DNA of 64,000 nucleotides, taken from IMG/VR virus record IMGVR_UViG_3300020202_000074, positions 1,023-65,022 of that record; one strand, given 5' to 3'. Of the stretch, positions 25,616-34,208 are shown piece by piece. The notes beneath the pieces were generated by a model. The model was given only the letters and a program-made list of their open reading frames with translations. It searched no databases and had not been told where the DNA came from. Numbering within the stretch: the stretch's first letter is position 1; each line of letters starts with the position of its first letter. Source of the stretch: a virus. Made by a program: the position numbers and the translations under genes.

Positions 25616-26103
25616 ATGGACCACGGACACTAACCCTTTTTCCAAGGAAGCACACCCTTGAACGCGACCTCTTTCGCTGGATGCTGGTTATTGGCGGCGT
25701 CATTGTCGCTGCTGTGGTCCTGTCGGGGTGCGTCTCCCACAGCCTCACCCGAACCAAGGACTCCACCAGCCCAGACGGCACCGTCGAACGAAGCTTCTTC
25801 GGACTCAAGTACCGAGACACCAGACCTCTCGGCGACACCGTCGGACCCCTCGCCGGAGCCGCAGGTACCTTCCTCACCGAGTCCGGGGGCTTCGGGTTCC
25901 CAGGACTCTCCCTCCTCGGGACGGCCTTGGGCAGCGTTGCCGGATGGATGGGACGGGGGAAAGTCCATACAGCGGCTGACCGTGCATGGGACGAACGGGA
26001 CCGTCAGATCAGCCATACTCCTCCCATTGTGGTTATGGCGAACCCTGGAGTTCCTGGGAATAACAGTGCTGTCGTGCCTCCTGGTGGCGTTCCTTCTACC
26101 TAA
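25612..26103 (+). CDS. putative lipoprotein
   Basis: hydrophobic signal ending VLSG-C lipobox. Confidence 0.6.
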   Translation: MNGPRTLTLFPRKHTLERDLFRWMLVIGGVIVAAVVLSGCVSHSLTRTKDSTSPDGTVERSFFGLKYRDTRPLGDTVGPLAGAAGTFLTESGGFGFPGLSLLGTALGSVAGWMGRGKVHTAADRAWDERDRQISHTPPIVVMANPGVPGNNSAVVPPGGVPST

Positions 26104-26178
26104 AGCAGTGGCGTGGTGGTACCGTGTACCAGTAGCTAAGTGGAACAAGTGATCGCGTAGTTGGGGGGATTCGGGGGG

Positions 26179-27048
26179 ATGGCGGGAAATCTTGATGGGG
26201 AAGCGCACGTTCCTAACAGCGTCGGCACCGAAGCCGGCAGCTGCTTCGTGTCCGCCAACACCGTCGCTGCTCCGACGTCCGGAGAGATCCGCACCGTAGG
26301 CGCGTGGATCTACACCACCGCCGACGCGGCGACCTTCGAGGGCTACAACTTTCAGATCATCGGCTGCCGAACGAGGACAACCACTGCGTCGTTCTTCAAC
26401 ACCTTCACGTACGCGTTGCAGGTGACGGCGGCTGACGGGCTCTTCAAGGTCCGCACGGTCATCGGCAACAATCCCATACAACACTACAACCAGACGAGCG
26501 GCGGAGCCGACGCCCCCTACCTTCCCTTGGGTCGGGGCATCTACGTCGCTGCCCAGTTCAACACCAACGGCACCAACACCCCCAACGACACACCCGTGTA
26601 CTCGGGTCCCGTCCTGACTACGCTCGCCCTCGACGGCGCAGACACGCCACATGCCCTCTCCACAGCCGCTCGACAGGTCTCCATCGGCGGGCCAGCTGGC
26701 ACCGGCTCGGGCGGCTCTGACCTTGCGTTCTTCCCTGGCCGTATTCAGTGGGCCTACCACCACCCCGGAGCCCTGACCCACGCCCAGCACCTTGCTATGG
26801 CGGCTGGTGTATCCCCACTCCAGTTCCTTACACCGACGTCCAGCGACTGCTGGATGATGGATTCCAACTCCGGCCTCTTCGTGAACGCCACCGGAGGCCC
26901 CTCTGGTGTCCTCTCCGCAAGCGGCAACGCCGCGTACACCGCGAACTTCGTCCAGCAGCGTGTCCTCGGCGTCCCTCGATCCGGACAGACGCTCCAAGGC
27001 CGCACCGGGCGCGTCTTCTACCCCGGTGCCTCCCGCGTTCAAGCCTAG
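26179..27048 (+). CDS. LamG/ConA-like domain protein
   Basis: TVGAWIY..FFPGRIQWAYHHPGALT resembles LamG3 pattern. Confidence 0.55.
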   Translation: MAGNLDGEAHVPNSVGTEAGSCFVSANTVAAPTSGEIRTVGAWIYTTADAATFEGYNFQIIGCRTRTTTASFFNTFTYALQVTAADGLFKVRTVIGNNPIQHYNQTSGGADAPYLPLGRGIYVAAQFNTNGTNTPNDTPVYSGPVLTTLALDGADTPHALSTAARQVSIGGPAGTGSGGSDLAFFPGRIQWAYHHPGALTHAQHLAMAAGVSPLQFLTPTSSDCWMMDSNSGLFVNATGGPSGVLSASGNAAYTANFVQQRVLGVPRSGQTLQGRTGRVFYPGASRVQA

Positions 27049-27072
27049 AATCTCCACCCTAGGAGCCCCCAC

Positions 27073-28332
27073 ATGGAACTGCCCGTGCTTGAGCCCCCCA
27101 TCCCTCACGGGAGAGGTAAGGATGCTCGTCTCTTCTTGGAGTTCTTCGGCATCCTTCCCCGCGTGCCCCATCTCCGCGCGTCGGACTGGGACCTCGCCGG
27201 CGACCCCTTCATGTACTACCTCACGCGCCGGTTGTCTCTGACGACTGCCCTTAGCACCTCGAAGGCCCTGGTCGGCGGCACCTGGTTCCACAAGGTCATG
27301 GAGAACTCCTTGATGGAGGGATGCTCTGGTGGTGGGATCTCCACTCTCTGGGGCATCCGCGTCGCCGAACTACGCGAGACGTGCGCCCGTCTCCACATCA
27401 TGGGAGAGGCTGTTGAGAAGGTGATTGCCGAGGAGAAGCGACGCTACGAGATGGCCCGTGTGTGGTGGCAAGCGTGCATGGACGTCCACATCTCTGATTC
27501 CATCGGCACGCTCTACAACTTCCTGACCCAGCCCCACTTGAGGATCCTCGCGACGGAGCTCCACCTACGTGGCACGTTCAAGGGTCGTCACCCCACCCAG
27601 CTCAAGAAGATCGACTACACGGGTGCCGCCCAGATCGACCTGCTGCTCTACCACACCGGCATCAACGTCCTCTACCCGGTGGACTTCAAGACCTGCGACA
27701 TGGTGCCCAAGGTCCGCCTCGCCATCTGCCCGCAGGAGATGCAGACCCACCACTACCCCGAAATCGTGAACCAGAACCTCCCGAAGCTCATCCGAGAGTA
27801 CGGTCTCGACAAGAAGACCACGGTCGCCGGGATGATCCACGTCGCGGTGCAGAAGCCCTCCATTGAGTTCGGCCGCAACGACCGCCTCTTCACCTCGACG
27901 GAGCGGACGATCACCCGTGGCCCTCGCAAGGGCCAGGTCGTCATCGACAAGGAGTATTACGGCGAACCCGACTTCAAACTCTACCTTGAACGGTGCCGCC
28001 AGTGGTACCAGGGCGAGGGCGACTACTCCCACGAAGCCCCCAAGCGTCAGGGCAGCAATGCCCCGGTGAACATCTCCTTCATGGATGCCAAGTGGATATC
28101 CGCACCCGAGCAGCGGGCCGCCTACCGCGAGAGGCTGGAGACCCTGATGCACCTCAGCAGGCGACCGCCGACGCCCGAGCGATTCCCCCAGCGCGGGGAC
28201 CACCTTATCCAGTACGGAAAAGAGAGCCCGTGGCTCCCCTTCTACGTGTGCCCGGTCAGTGATTGGCCTACGATCATGGCTCAGAAGGGCATCGTGATGA
28301 ACCCCCGTGACCACGACGAGCCCTACGCATAA
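27073..28332 (+). CDS. PD-(D/E)XK exonuclease (RecB/Cas4-like)
   Basis: QIDLLL..VDFKT..QTHHY. Confidence 0.75.
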   Translation: MELPVLEPPIPHGRGKDARLFLEFFGILPRVPHLRASDWDLAGDPFMYYLTRRLSLTTALSTSKALVGGTWFHKVMENSLMEGCSGGGISTLWGIRVAELRETCARLHIMGEAVEKVIAEEKRRYEMARVWWQACMDVHISDSIGTLYNFLTQPHLRILATELHLRGTFKGRHPTQLKKIDYTGAAQIDLLLYHTGINVLYPVDFKTCDMVPKVRLAICPQEMQTHHYPEIVNQNLPKLIREYGLDKKTTVAGMIHVAVQKPSIEFGRNDRLFTSTERTITRGPRKGQVVIDKEYYGEPDFKLYLERCRQWYQGEGDYSHEAPKRQGSNAPVNISFMDAKWISAPEQRAAYRERLETLMHLSRRPPTPERFPQRGDHLIQYGKESPWLPFYVCPVSDWPTIMAQKGIVMNPRDHDEPYA

Positions 28333-28409
28333 AGGAAAGTGGTCCGTCGCGTCTCACGCTCTCTCTGCGTTCGCGTGAGCCCCTCCGGCCCCCACCACAG
28401 GAACCACAC

Positions 28410-28964
28410 ATGGACCCCGACACCTCTCTCGGACAACCACCCATCGTCGCTACCCCCCAAGCACCCCCGCCCACAAAGAAGAAGACCTCCTCGAAGTCGA
28501 AATCAAAGACGAAGTCCCCCACCAAGGAAGTCGGCTTCTACGTTCCCCGAACTCTGTACGAGTCCTTTCTCAACGAGGTGGTGCTGCCCATGATCCAACA
28601 GATCATGCTGGAGGCTCGGCCGCCGATCGGCTCGATGAAGCACCTGCACGAGGCCTTCTGCGCGGAGGCGAAGTGCCAGATCTCCTTCACCATGTTTCGT
28701 GAATGGCTCACCACGTTGAAGGTGGAGACCGAGACCACCATCCACCTGAAAGTGCCTGGCATCGTGGACGGCCCCGGCACCCCGCATCTCGCGGCATCAA
28801 TGCCGCTGCCGAGATCGTTGCAGCCCCCGACCATGGGGGCGATGATGGGCGCCGACAACTCCCAAGAGTTCCACGACTTCGAGAACCAGCCTCCGATGGC
28901 CGCTCCCGCCGGACCCCTTGGGGACCCCAAGTTCGGCGGCATCAACACCTCCTTTGAAGGATGA
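28410..28964 (+). CDS. hypothetical protein
   Basis: SD AGGA; ATGA coupling downstream. Confidence 0.6.
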   Translation: MDPDTSLGQPPIVATPQAPPPTKKKTSSKSKSKTKSPTKEVGFYVPRTLYESFLNEVVLPMIQQIMLEARPPIGSMKHLHEAFCAEAKCQISFTMFREWLTTLKVETETTIHLKVPGIVDGPGTPHLAASMPLPRSLQPPTMGAMMGADNSQEFHDFENQPPMAAPAGPLGDPKFGGINTSFEG

Positions 28965-29896
28965 CCATGCCTCCTGCACAGACGCTCGCCGCTGGCACCT
29001 CCGTGACCCAGAAGTACCCAAGCCTGGGGTTCACGGGAATCCAGATGCGATACCCCCTCAACAAGTTGTTCGGGATGATCGTGGGCCGCTTCTCCTCTGG
29101 GAAGTCCACGCTCTTCCAGAGTAACCCCGAAGCCTACATCATCAACAGTGACCTCACCTCGACGGTGGCCGAGCCCCTCCGGGCCACGATCTGGCCGGGC
29201 GTCTCCCCCTCTGGGGAGCCGATCGACGCCGACAGCAAGCCGATGCAACTCACCCATCAGCGGGTCCTCGACAAGCTCAAGCTGCTGGAGGCCCTGTCCA
29301 AGGAGAACAAGCCACGACCCTCGTGCGTCGTCTACGACACGATCACGACAGAAGCGGCCCTGACCAAGGCGTGGATGGTCGAGAACGCCAACTCCCGTCG
29401 ACAGGACAACAAGCCACCCATCACCCGATGGCGGGACCTCCACGGCGAGACCGCGTGGGACGAGCTCTACGAGAACATCCTCTTCACCTGCGCGTGGCTC
29501 CGGGGCCTCGGGTACGGAGTATGGCTCCTCATCCACCTGACCGACGACGTCATCCGGCTCAACGATGCGGAGACCATCGTGAAGCCCAAGCTTTCATTGC
29601 CCGACGGCTTCATGAAGCGAGCCGGCCCCCTTCTCGAAGTGATTGGCCTCGCCACCAAGGAGGTGGAGCAGGAAGTCATCACAAAGAAGGAGGACGTCCT
29701 CAACGACAAGACCGGCGAGAAGCTATACACCAAGGACGTCACCATCACGGTGCCGAAGACCCGGTACTACGTGGACTTTGACAATCCGAAACTCGCCGGT
29801 ATCCTCAAGCCTCGCGCTGGAGCTCGCGGCCGCATCCCTCTGTCCAAGGAGGATCCCTGGGGCGACTTCGAGCGAGCCTACAACTCCTCCAACTAG
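28961..29896 (+). CDS. AAA_24/Sak4-like phage ATPase
   Basis: Walker A GRFSSGKST, Walker B VVYDTIT; between nuclease and SSB-like gene. Confidence 0.75.
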   Translation: MTMPPAQTLAAGTSVTQKYPSLGFTGIQMRYPLNKLFGMIVGRFSSGKSTLFQSNPEAYIINSDLTSTVAEPLRATIWPGVSPSGEPIDADSKPMQLTHQRVLDKLKLLEALSKENKPRPSCVVYDTITTEAALTKAWMVENANSRRQDNKPPITRWRDLHGETAWDELYENILFTCAWLRGLGYGVWLLIHLTDDVIRLNDAETIVKPKLSLPDGFMKRAGPLLEVIGLATKEVEQEVITKKEDVLNDKTGEKLYTKDVTITVPKTRYYVDFDNPKLAGILKPRAGARGRIPLSKEDPWGDFERAYNSSN

Positions 29897-29905
29897 GACC
29901 CAACT

Positions 29906-30154
29906 ATGGCTCTGAAATGGCACCGTACGATGATGGTCCGCGTCGAATATCGACCCCTTCTAGCTGATAGCGACGCAATGATGAAACCGGGTCATACCTA
30001 CAACGTGGTGGCCCACGACGTCGAGGATGCAATCAACAAAGTCAAGAGAGACCTCGCTCGTAGTACCCCGAGTACCAAGTTTGAGCCTTACATCCAAAAG
30101 GTCGAGTATCTTGGCTCCGTCCTCATCGAAGAGACCGAGCCCTCCCCCGAGTAA
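29906..30154 (+). CDS. hypothetical protein
   Basis: SD AGGA. Confidence 0.55.
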   Translation: MALKWHRTMMVRVEYRPLLADSDAMMKPGHTYNVVAHDVEDAINKVKRDLARSTPSTKFEPYIQKVEYLGSVLIEETEPSPE

Positions 30155-30210
30155 CTACGTAGTCCGGACAGGGTGTCCGGTGATCACCTTTCTGAAAGGA
30201 ACCAGCTCTT

Positions 30211-30744
30211 ATGCCAATGACCGACAACGAAACCATTTCACTCTTCCAGGCCCTCAGCGCCGGCATGGAGAACGTCAAGCCCGACCAGGGCGGCGGCGGC
30301 AACTGGCCCGCGAACGGCACCTATGAGTGCATCGTCACCGAGCTCTCCCTCAACGCTGGCGACGACGTCACCTTCGGAGCCAAGGAATCCGGTATGCCGG
30401 GGTTCATCATGCAGTTCAAATACCTTCGACTCAAGGACCCCAACGCCGCAGGCGGCGCGACTCCGGTCAATGGCGAATACTACCGGTTCCCCAAGCCCTC
30501 GGTCGACCTCTCGAAGCTCACCGCTGGCCAGCAGCAGAACCTCGACATCCTGAAGCAGAAGCTCGCGGGATTCATCGTCGCCATCCTTGGACGCAACCCG
30601 TCCAACAACCTCGGCGCCGACATCCTCGCTCTTCAGAAGAAGCTAGCGACCGGCAAGGTTGTCTGCGAGATCCGTTTCAACGAGAAGGAGTCCGGTCAGT
30701 ACACCAACCGGGACAGCTACTGCGTGTCCTGCTTGAGCTCGTGA
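30211..30744 (+). CDS. DUF669-like / ssDNA-binding protein
   Basis: P.NGTYECIV.EL pattern; position after Sak4-like ATPase. Confidence 0.55.
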   Translation: MPMTDNETISLFQALSAGMENVKPDQGGGGNWPANGTYECIVTELSLNAGDDVTFGAKESGMPGFIMQFKYLRLKDPNAAGGATPVNGEYYRFPKPSVDLSKLTAGQQQNLDILKQKLAGFIVAILGRNPSNNLGADILALQKKLATGKVVCEIRFNEKESGQYTNRDSYCVSCLSS

Positions 30745-30758
30745 ACCATGGGCGGCAA

Positions 30759-30834
30759 GGTGGTTATGGCACAATGGCGAGTGCGCCGGAGAGATAGAGA
30801 TCCGGAGGTCCGGGTTCGAGTCCCGGTAGCCACC
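30759..30834 (+). ncRNA. tRNA-His-like body with a 10-nt purine anticodon loop
   Basis: G-1:C73, GTGGTTA/TAGCCAC, GCAC/GTGC, CCGGA-GAGATAGAGA-TCCGG, CCGGG-TTCGAGT-CCCGG. Confidence 0.85.
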
Positions 30835-30844
30835 CCGCCCACCT

Positions 30845-30969
30845 GGGTGAGGACTATGGATAATCAGACGACGGTTGGCAAGGGGCCTAGGCTACCCAAA
30901 CCGTAAAAGTTCCCATAGTCACCTGTAAGGATCCGTCTCCGACCTGCGGTTAGAATCCCGGCTCGCCCA
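30845..30969 (+). ncRNA. tRNA-Tyr-like element with greatly extended D arm and unpaired anticodon stem
   Basis: GGGTGAG/CTCGCCC-A, GACTATGG/CCATAGTC helix, CT-GTA-A, variable arm GTC-TCC-GAC, TTAGAAT loop. Confidence 0.65.
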
Positions 30970-31044
30970 TTTCCCCACCACCAGTTCGTCGCTACCTAAC
31001 CGGGGCGGCGAACCCTTCAACACGTAGCCCGGAGTGACGCATGA

Positions 31045-31551
31045 ATGCCCCGCAAAACTTCTACCCCGTCAGTGAACCTGGGGACCAGCTCCTGTTCCCC
31101 TGGGTCCATCCCGGACTCCTGGTCCTGCTCGGCCCGCTTGCGCCTCAGGCCCGACCGCCGGCTCGCGATCAGCGTAAGCCTCCCGAAGAACGCCATACTT
31201 ATCGACTCTCCGAGTCTCTCGGGTAAGGCCAGCACCTACATCTCGCGGGGCGGTATGGGCCACTATCTTCACCTACGGCCAGGCGACGTCGACGACACCG
31301 CGTGGATGGCCAGCCTTCTTCGGGGGTTCGGAGGTCTATTGAGCAACGTGTCACGAGTAGAGCCCGATGTGCAATACAACGTCCAGCGACGAGACCGTGC
31401 TGATGGGATCTGGACCCGGTTCCAGTGCATCGTCTCCAAGGCGTGGATACGCAGCGCCGGGGTGGTTGCTCCGGGTCACATTACCCCTCGTGCGACGACA
31501 GCAATGATCGACAAGACACAAGATGGCATCTTCGTAACGGTGGCCCTATGA
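31045..31551 (+). CDS. hypothetical protein
   Basis: ORF coupled to next; start uncertain. Confidence 0.5.
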   Translation: MPRKTSTPSVNLGTSSCSPGSIPDSWSCSARLRLRPDRRLAISVSLPKNAILIDSPSLSGKASTYISRGGMGHYLHLRPGDVDDTAWMASLLRGFGGLLSNVSRVEPDVQYNVQRRDRADGIWTRFQCIVSKAWIRSAGVVAPGHITPRATTAMIDKTQDGIFVTVAL

Positions 31552-31667
31552 ACACGCTCCTCTTCCTGTGGGACAACTGTCCGGTAGTCTTTGTGCCCCC
31601 CTTATTTCTCATCCCCTACCTCTGGTGCGCTATCAAGGACGGCCGGAAGAGTAAGAGAGCTCTATGA
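31548..31667 (+). CDS. small hydrophobic protein
   Basis: MNTLLFLWDNCPVVFVPPLFLIPYLWCAIK; ATGA overlaps. Confidence 0.5.
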   Translation: MNTLLFLWDNCPVVFVPPLFLIPYLWCAIKDGRKSKRAL

Positions 31668-32512
31668 ACATCACAGCGATTGAGGTGGTGGATCCCCGAG
31701 GGTGGGAGCTGAGGCCCGCGTCCCCGAAGCGGGAGTGGATGGACGCCGTCCCGCACGGCAACGCGTACCGGTGTCTGCCGCTGACGATGGCCAACCACAT
31801 GGGCTGGGTGATCACCTGTCCCACGGGGTTCGACGTCATCTGGTCCGGCCGCTGGGGATCGAGAGGGTCCCTGCTGTTCGAGTTCGAGGACGAGTCCTAC
31901 GCCCACCAGATCTCCGGGCACTTCGGCTCGGGCATCGTCACCTTCAACGTGCCGTGGATGTTCCAGACCGACGTCGAGGGCGTGGGCCTCTGGGTCACTG
32001 GGGCACCGAACTTCTACAAGACCAACATCCACCCGCTCACGGGGTTCGTGGAGACGTGGTGGCTGCCCTTCACCTTCACGATGAACTGGAAGATCGACGA
32101 GCCCCTCCGCCCGGTGTCCTTCCGCAAGGGAGACCCCATCTGCTACCTGACGCCCTACGACATCCGCGCGACGCAGGCCATGGTGGTGGGGAAAACAACC
32201 CTGGCGGAGGCCCCGCGTCAGCTGCGCGAGAAGTATCAGGAATGGACCCGGAGCCGCGACGGCTTCAACCGAGACCCCCGCAGCCGGGAGTTCGCGGGGC
32301 AGAAGCACTATCTCCGAGGCATCGACCACAGTGGAGGCCAAGCATCAACGCACCTCACTAGCCTCAAGCTGCCGTCATTCTACCCGGAGCCATCAGCCCT
32401 CGTCGAAGTCGAAGGAGGGAGCAATGGGGTTCCAGTTGCTGACCCCAACCAGGACACAGCCGGGCGGAGTGACGAGCCGGAAGCACCCAGCCGGCCGAAT
32501 CTGGCTGGCTAA
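31664..32512 (+). CDS. DUF6065-like protein
   Basis: RPASPKREWMD..AYRCLPLTMANHMGW signature. Confidence 0.8.
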   Translation: MNITAIEVVDPRGWELRPASPKREWMDAVPHGNAYRCLPLTMANHMGWVITCPTGFDVIWSGRWGSRGSLLFEFEDESYAHQISGHFGSGIVTFNVPWMFQTDVEGVGLWVTGAPNFYKTNIHPLTGFVETWWLPFTFTMNWKIDEPLRPVSFRKGDPICYLTPYDIRATQAMVVGKTTLAEAPRQLREKYQEWTRSRDGFNRDPRSREFAGQKHYLRGIDHSGGQASTHLTSLKLPSFYPEPSALVEVEGGSNGVPVADPNQDTAGRSDEPEAPSRPNLAG

Positions 32513-32537
32513 TCCCTGTCGGGCTAACCCGTAGGGT

Positions 32538-32741
32538 TTACTCTTTTTGGCCGGACGCTTGGTCGTCGAGCGGGGCTTCCCTTTGGGGTATCCCTTTCCC
32601 GCAGGCTTCTTCCCTTGTTTTGGCATGGCACTGACTCCCCCCGCAGCACGCCTCCAAGAGGCAGCCGCAAACCCCGCATTGCGTGTGACCGTGAACGTCG
32701 ATTATACGGGTGGAGAAGCAGAAAAGGCAATGGTCAGTCAT
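32538..32741 (-). CDS. small Cys-rich protein
   Basis: CLFC..VHGHTQCGVC..CC. Confidence 0.6.
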   Translation of the reverse strand: MTDHCLFCFSTRIIDVHGHTQCGVCGCLLEACCGGSQCHAKTREEACGKGIPQREAPLDDQASGQKE

Positions 32742-32780
32742 ACGCTCGAAACCCCTCTAACGAAGTAAGGATATCCACAG

Positions 32781-33074
32781 ATGGAAAATCTTCAGCAAGG
32801 CAAGCAGCTTCTTGACGCCGTGTCAGCCCACGTCAACAGCATGGGTGAGCTCGCAGTCGCGCTCTTCAGGAACAAGCAGTACAGTGCTGCCTCTCGGCTC
32901 ATGCAGATGACGACTCAGATGCTCGACGTGCAATGGCAAATACGACATGTGGTAGACTCAGAGGTCAAACGGCAAAATAGGGCTCAGGAGGCTACAGCCT
33001 TACAAGCTCAGCCGACCACTGCGGCCCCTGCCGCATCCGAGAAGGGCGTGCCACCAGCGACTCACCCAGGATGA
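32781..33074 (+). CDS. helical hypothetical protein
   Basis: SD TAAGGA; overlaps convergent phosphoesterase 3' end. Confidence 0.6.
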   Translation: MENLQQGKQLLDAVSAHVNSMGELAVALFRNKQYSAASRLMQMTTQMLDVQWQIRHVVDSEVKRQNRAQEATALQAQPTTAAPAASEKGVPPATHPG

Positions 33075-33765
33075 CCCCCGAGCCCCATTGGCTGGAGTCC
33101 TTGCGGGCCATGTACCCAGGCTTCTTGGGTCCCATCGTTCCGGGGTTGGCGTACCAGTAGGCCAGCGGAACTTTTGACGTGAGAGAGACCTGCGTAACCG
33201 GTAGAGGCCGGTGCGTATGGCCTCGGATTCCGAGCCGGTGCGCGTGCCCTCCGCAAGCGTTGGACATCTGGATACACTCCGTCCGATCGCTGCCAGCTTG
33301 ACTATCGAATCCGTGGTAGAAGATGACCTGACCAAGCTCATAGCACCCTTCCCGTCCCTTGACATAGGGGATTTGTTTCCAGCGTCTGAACTCAGAACCC
33401 CAATCGTAGTCGCGGTTCCAGTGGACCGCTTTCCTCAACGCCTTTGGCACCCGTCTCGGATCGGGTGCCTGGAGATTGTCATCGTGGTTGCCCAGAATCC
33501 ATACATAGTCGCACTCACCGCCGCATACATCGCGCAGGCTCAGGAGGTACTGGCCGGCTACGGCGTACTCCTCGGTTATATCCAGCGCGACATCCCTGGG
33601 ATGTACGCTGGCTGCCTCACTCTCGAAGAGGTCGCCCAGAAGCACGAAGACCTGGGGCTTGAACTCTCGAATCTGGGCCAGAAGATTCGCATGTGCGTCA
33701 ACGTCGTGGTAGGGACAATGCACACAGCTGATGGCAGCAAACCGAACGACACGCCCGTCCCTCAT
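32992..33765 (-). CDS. calcineurin-like metallophosphoesterase
   Basis: SCVH, LGDLFE, GNHDD, FYHG, GHTH; ATG 33765 coupled to cupin stop. Confidence 0.85.
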   Translation of the reverse strand: MRDGRVVRFAAISCVHCPYHDVDAHANLLAQIREFKPQVFVLLGDLFESEAASVHPRDVALDITEEYAVAGQYLLSLRDVCGGECDYVWILGNHDDNLQAPDPRRVPKALRKAVHWNRDYDWGSEFRRWKQIPYVKGREGCYELGQVIFYHGFDSQAGSDRTECIQMSNACGGHAHRLGIRGHTHRPLPVTQVSLTSKVPLAYWYANPGTMGPKKPGYMARKDSSQWGSGVILGESLVARPSRMRQGPQWSAELVRL

Positions 33766-34193
33766 TCCCCACCACCAATCGGTGGGGTTGTCGGTGACTG
33801 GGCACCTACACGCGCCGTCAGTGAGAACCAATCGGTAGCGGGTGGTGCAGCGCCTCCCACGTCCTCCCGTTCGATGTCGGAGGGGTCTAGCTCCGCCCAG
33901 TAGAACTCCAGGGCGACGGTGTCCTCGTGCGCCACGAACTTGTGGTACTCGCCTGGCTTCACCGTGCAGCTGTCCCCCGGCTGGAGCACTGTCACGTCAG
34001 TCAGCGAGTAGTCGTTCTTCCACACATGCACCGCCAGCGTGCCACTAATGACGTGGAACTTGTTGTACTTGTGAAGGTGCCGGTGCTTGGAGCAGTAGGC
34101 GTGCGCCTTCGCGTGGATGAGGTGGCACTCCACCCCCTGGTTGATGAACAACTCTCGCGTCTTCCCCCACACCTTTCCTGCAATATCCCCCAT
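33762..34193 (-). CDS. cupin (sugar-isomerase-like) protein
   Basis: KVWG..CSKHRHLHKYNKFHVISG..VKPGEYHKF. Confidence 0.85.
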   Translation of the reverse strand: MGDIAGKVWGKTRELFINQGVECHLIHAKAHAYCSKHRHLHKYNKFHVISGTLAVHVWKNDYSLTDVTVLQPGDSCTVKPGEYHKFVAHEDTVALEFYWAELDPSDIEREDVGGAAPPATDWFSLTARVGAQSPTTPPIGGGE

Positions 34194-34208
34194 AAGCGGC
34201 GACTCCTA

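Noticed and set aside
25630-27291. 553-aa - strand ORF
   Set aside because: Antisense shadow of three well-supported + strand genes; no motifs, typical of GC-rich DNA
8263-30969. Calling the cloverleaves ordinary functional tRNAs
   Set aside because: Every one violates anticodon-arm or D-arm rules, so they are listed as tRNA-like ncRNA
30972-30983. attP core for integration at tRNA-Tyr
   Set aside because: No integrase recognised and the same motif occurs 15 times; cannot be fully excluded if an integrase lies outside the window
33211-33903. 230-aa + strand ORF and similar shadows (44683..45717, 58470..59465, 60872..61927)
   Set aside because: Opposite to motif-bearing genes; no SD or recognisable domains
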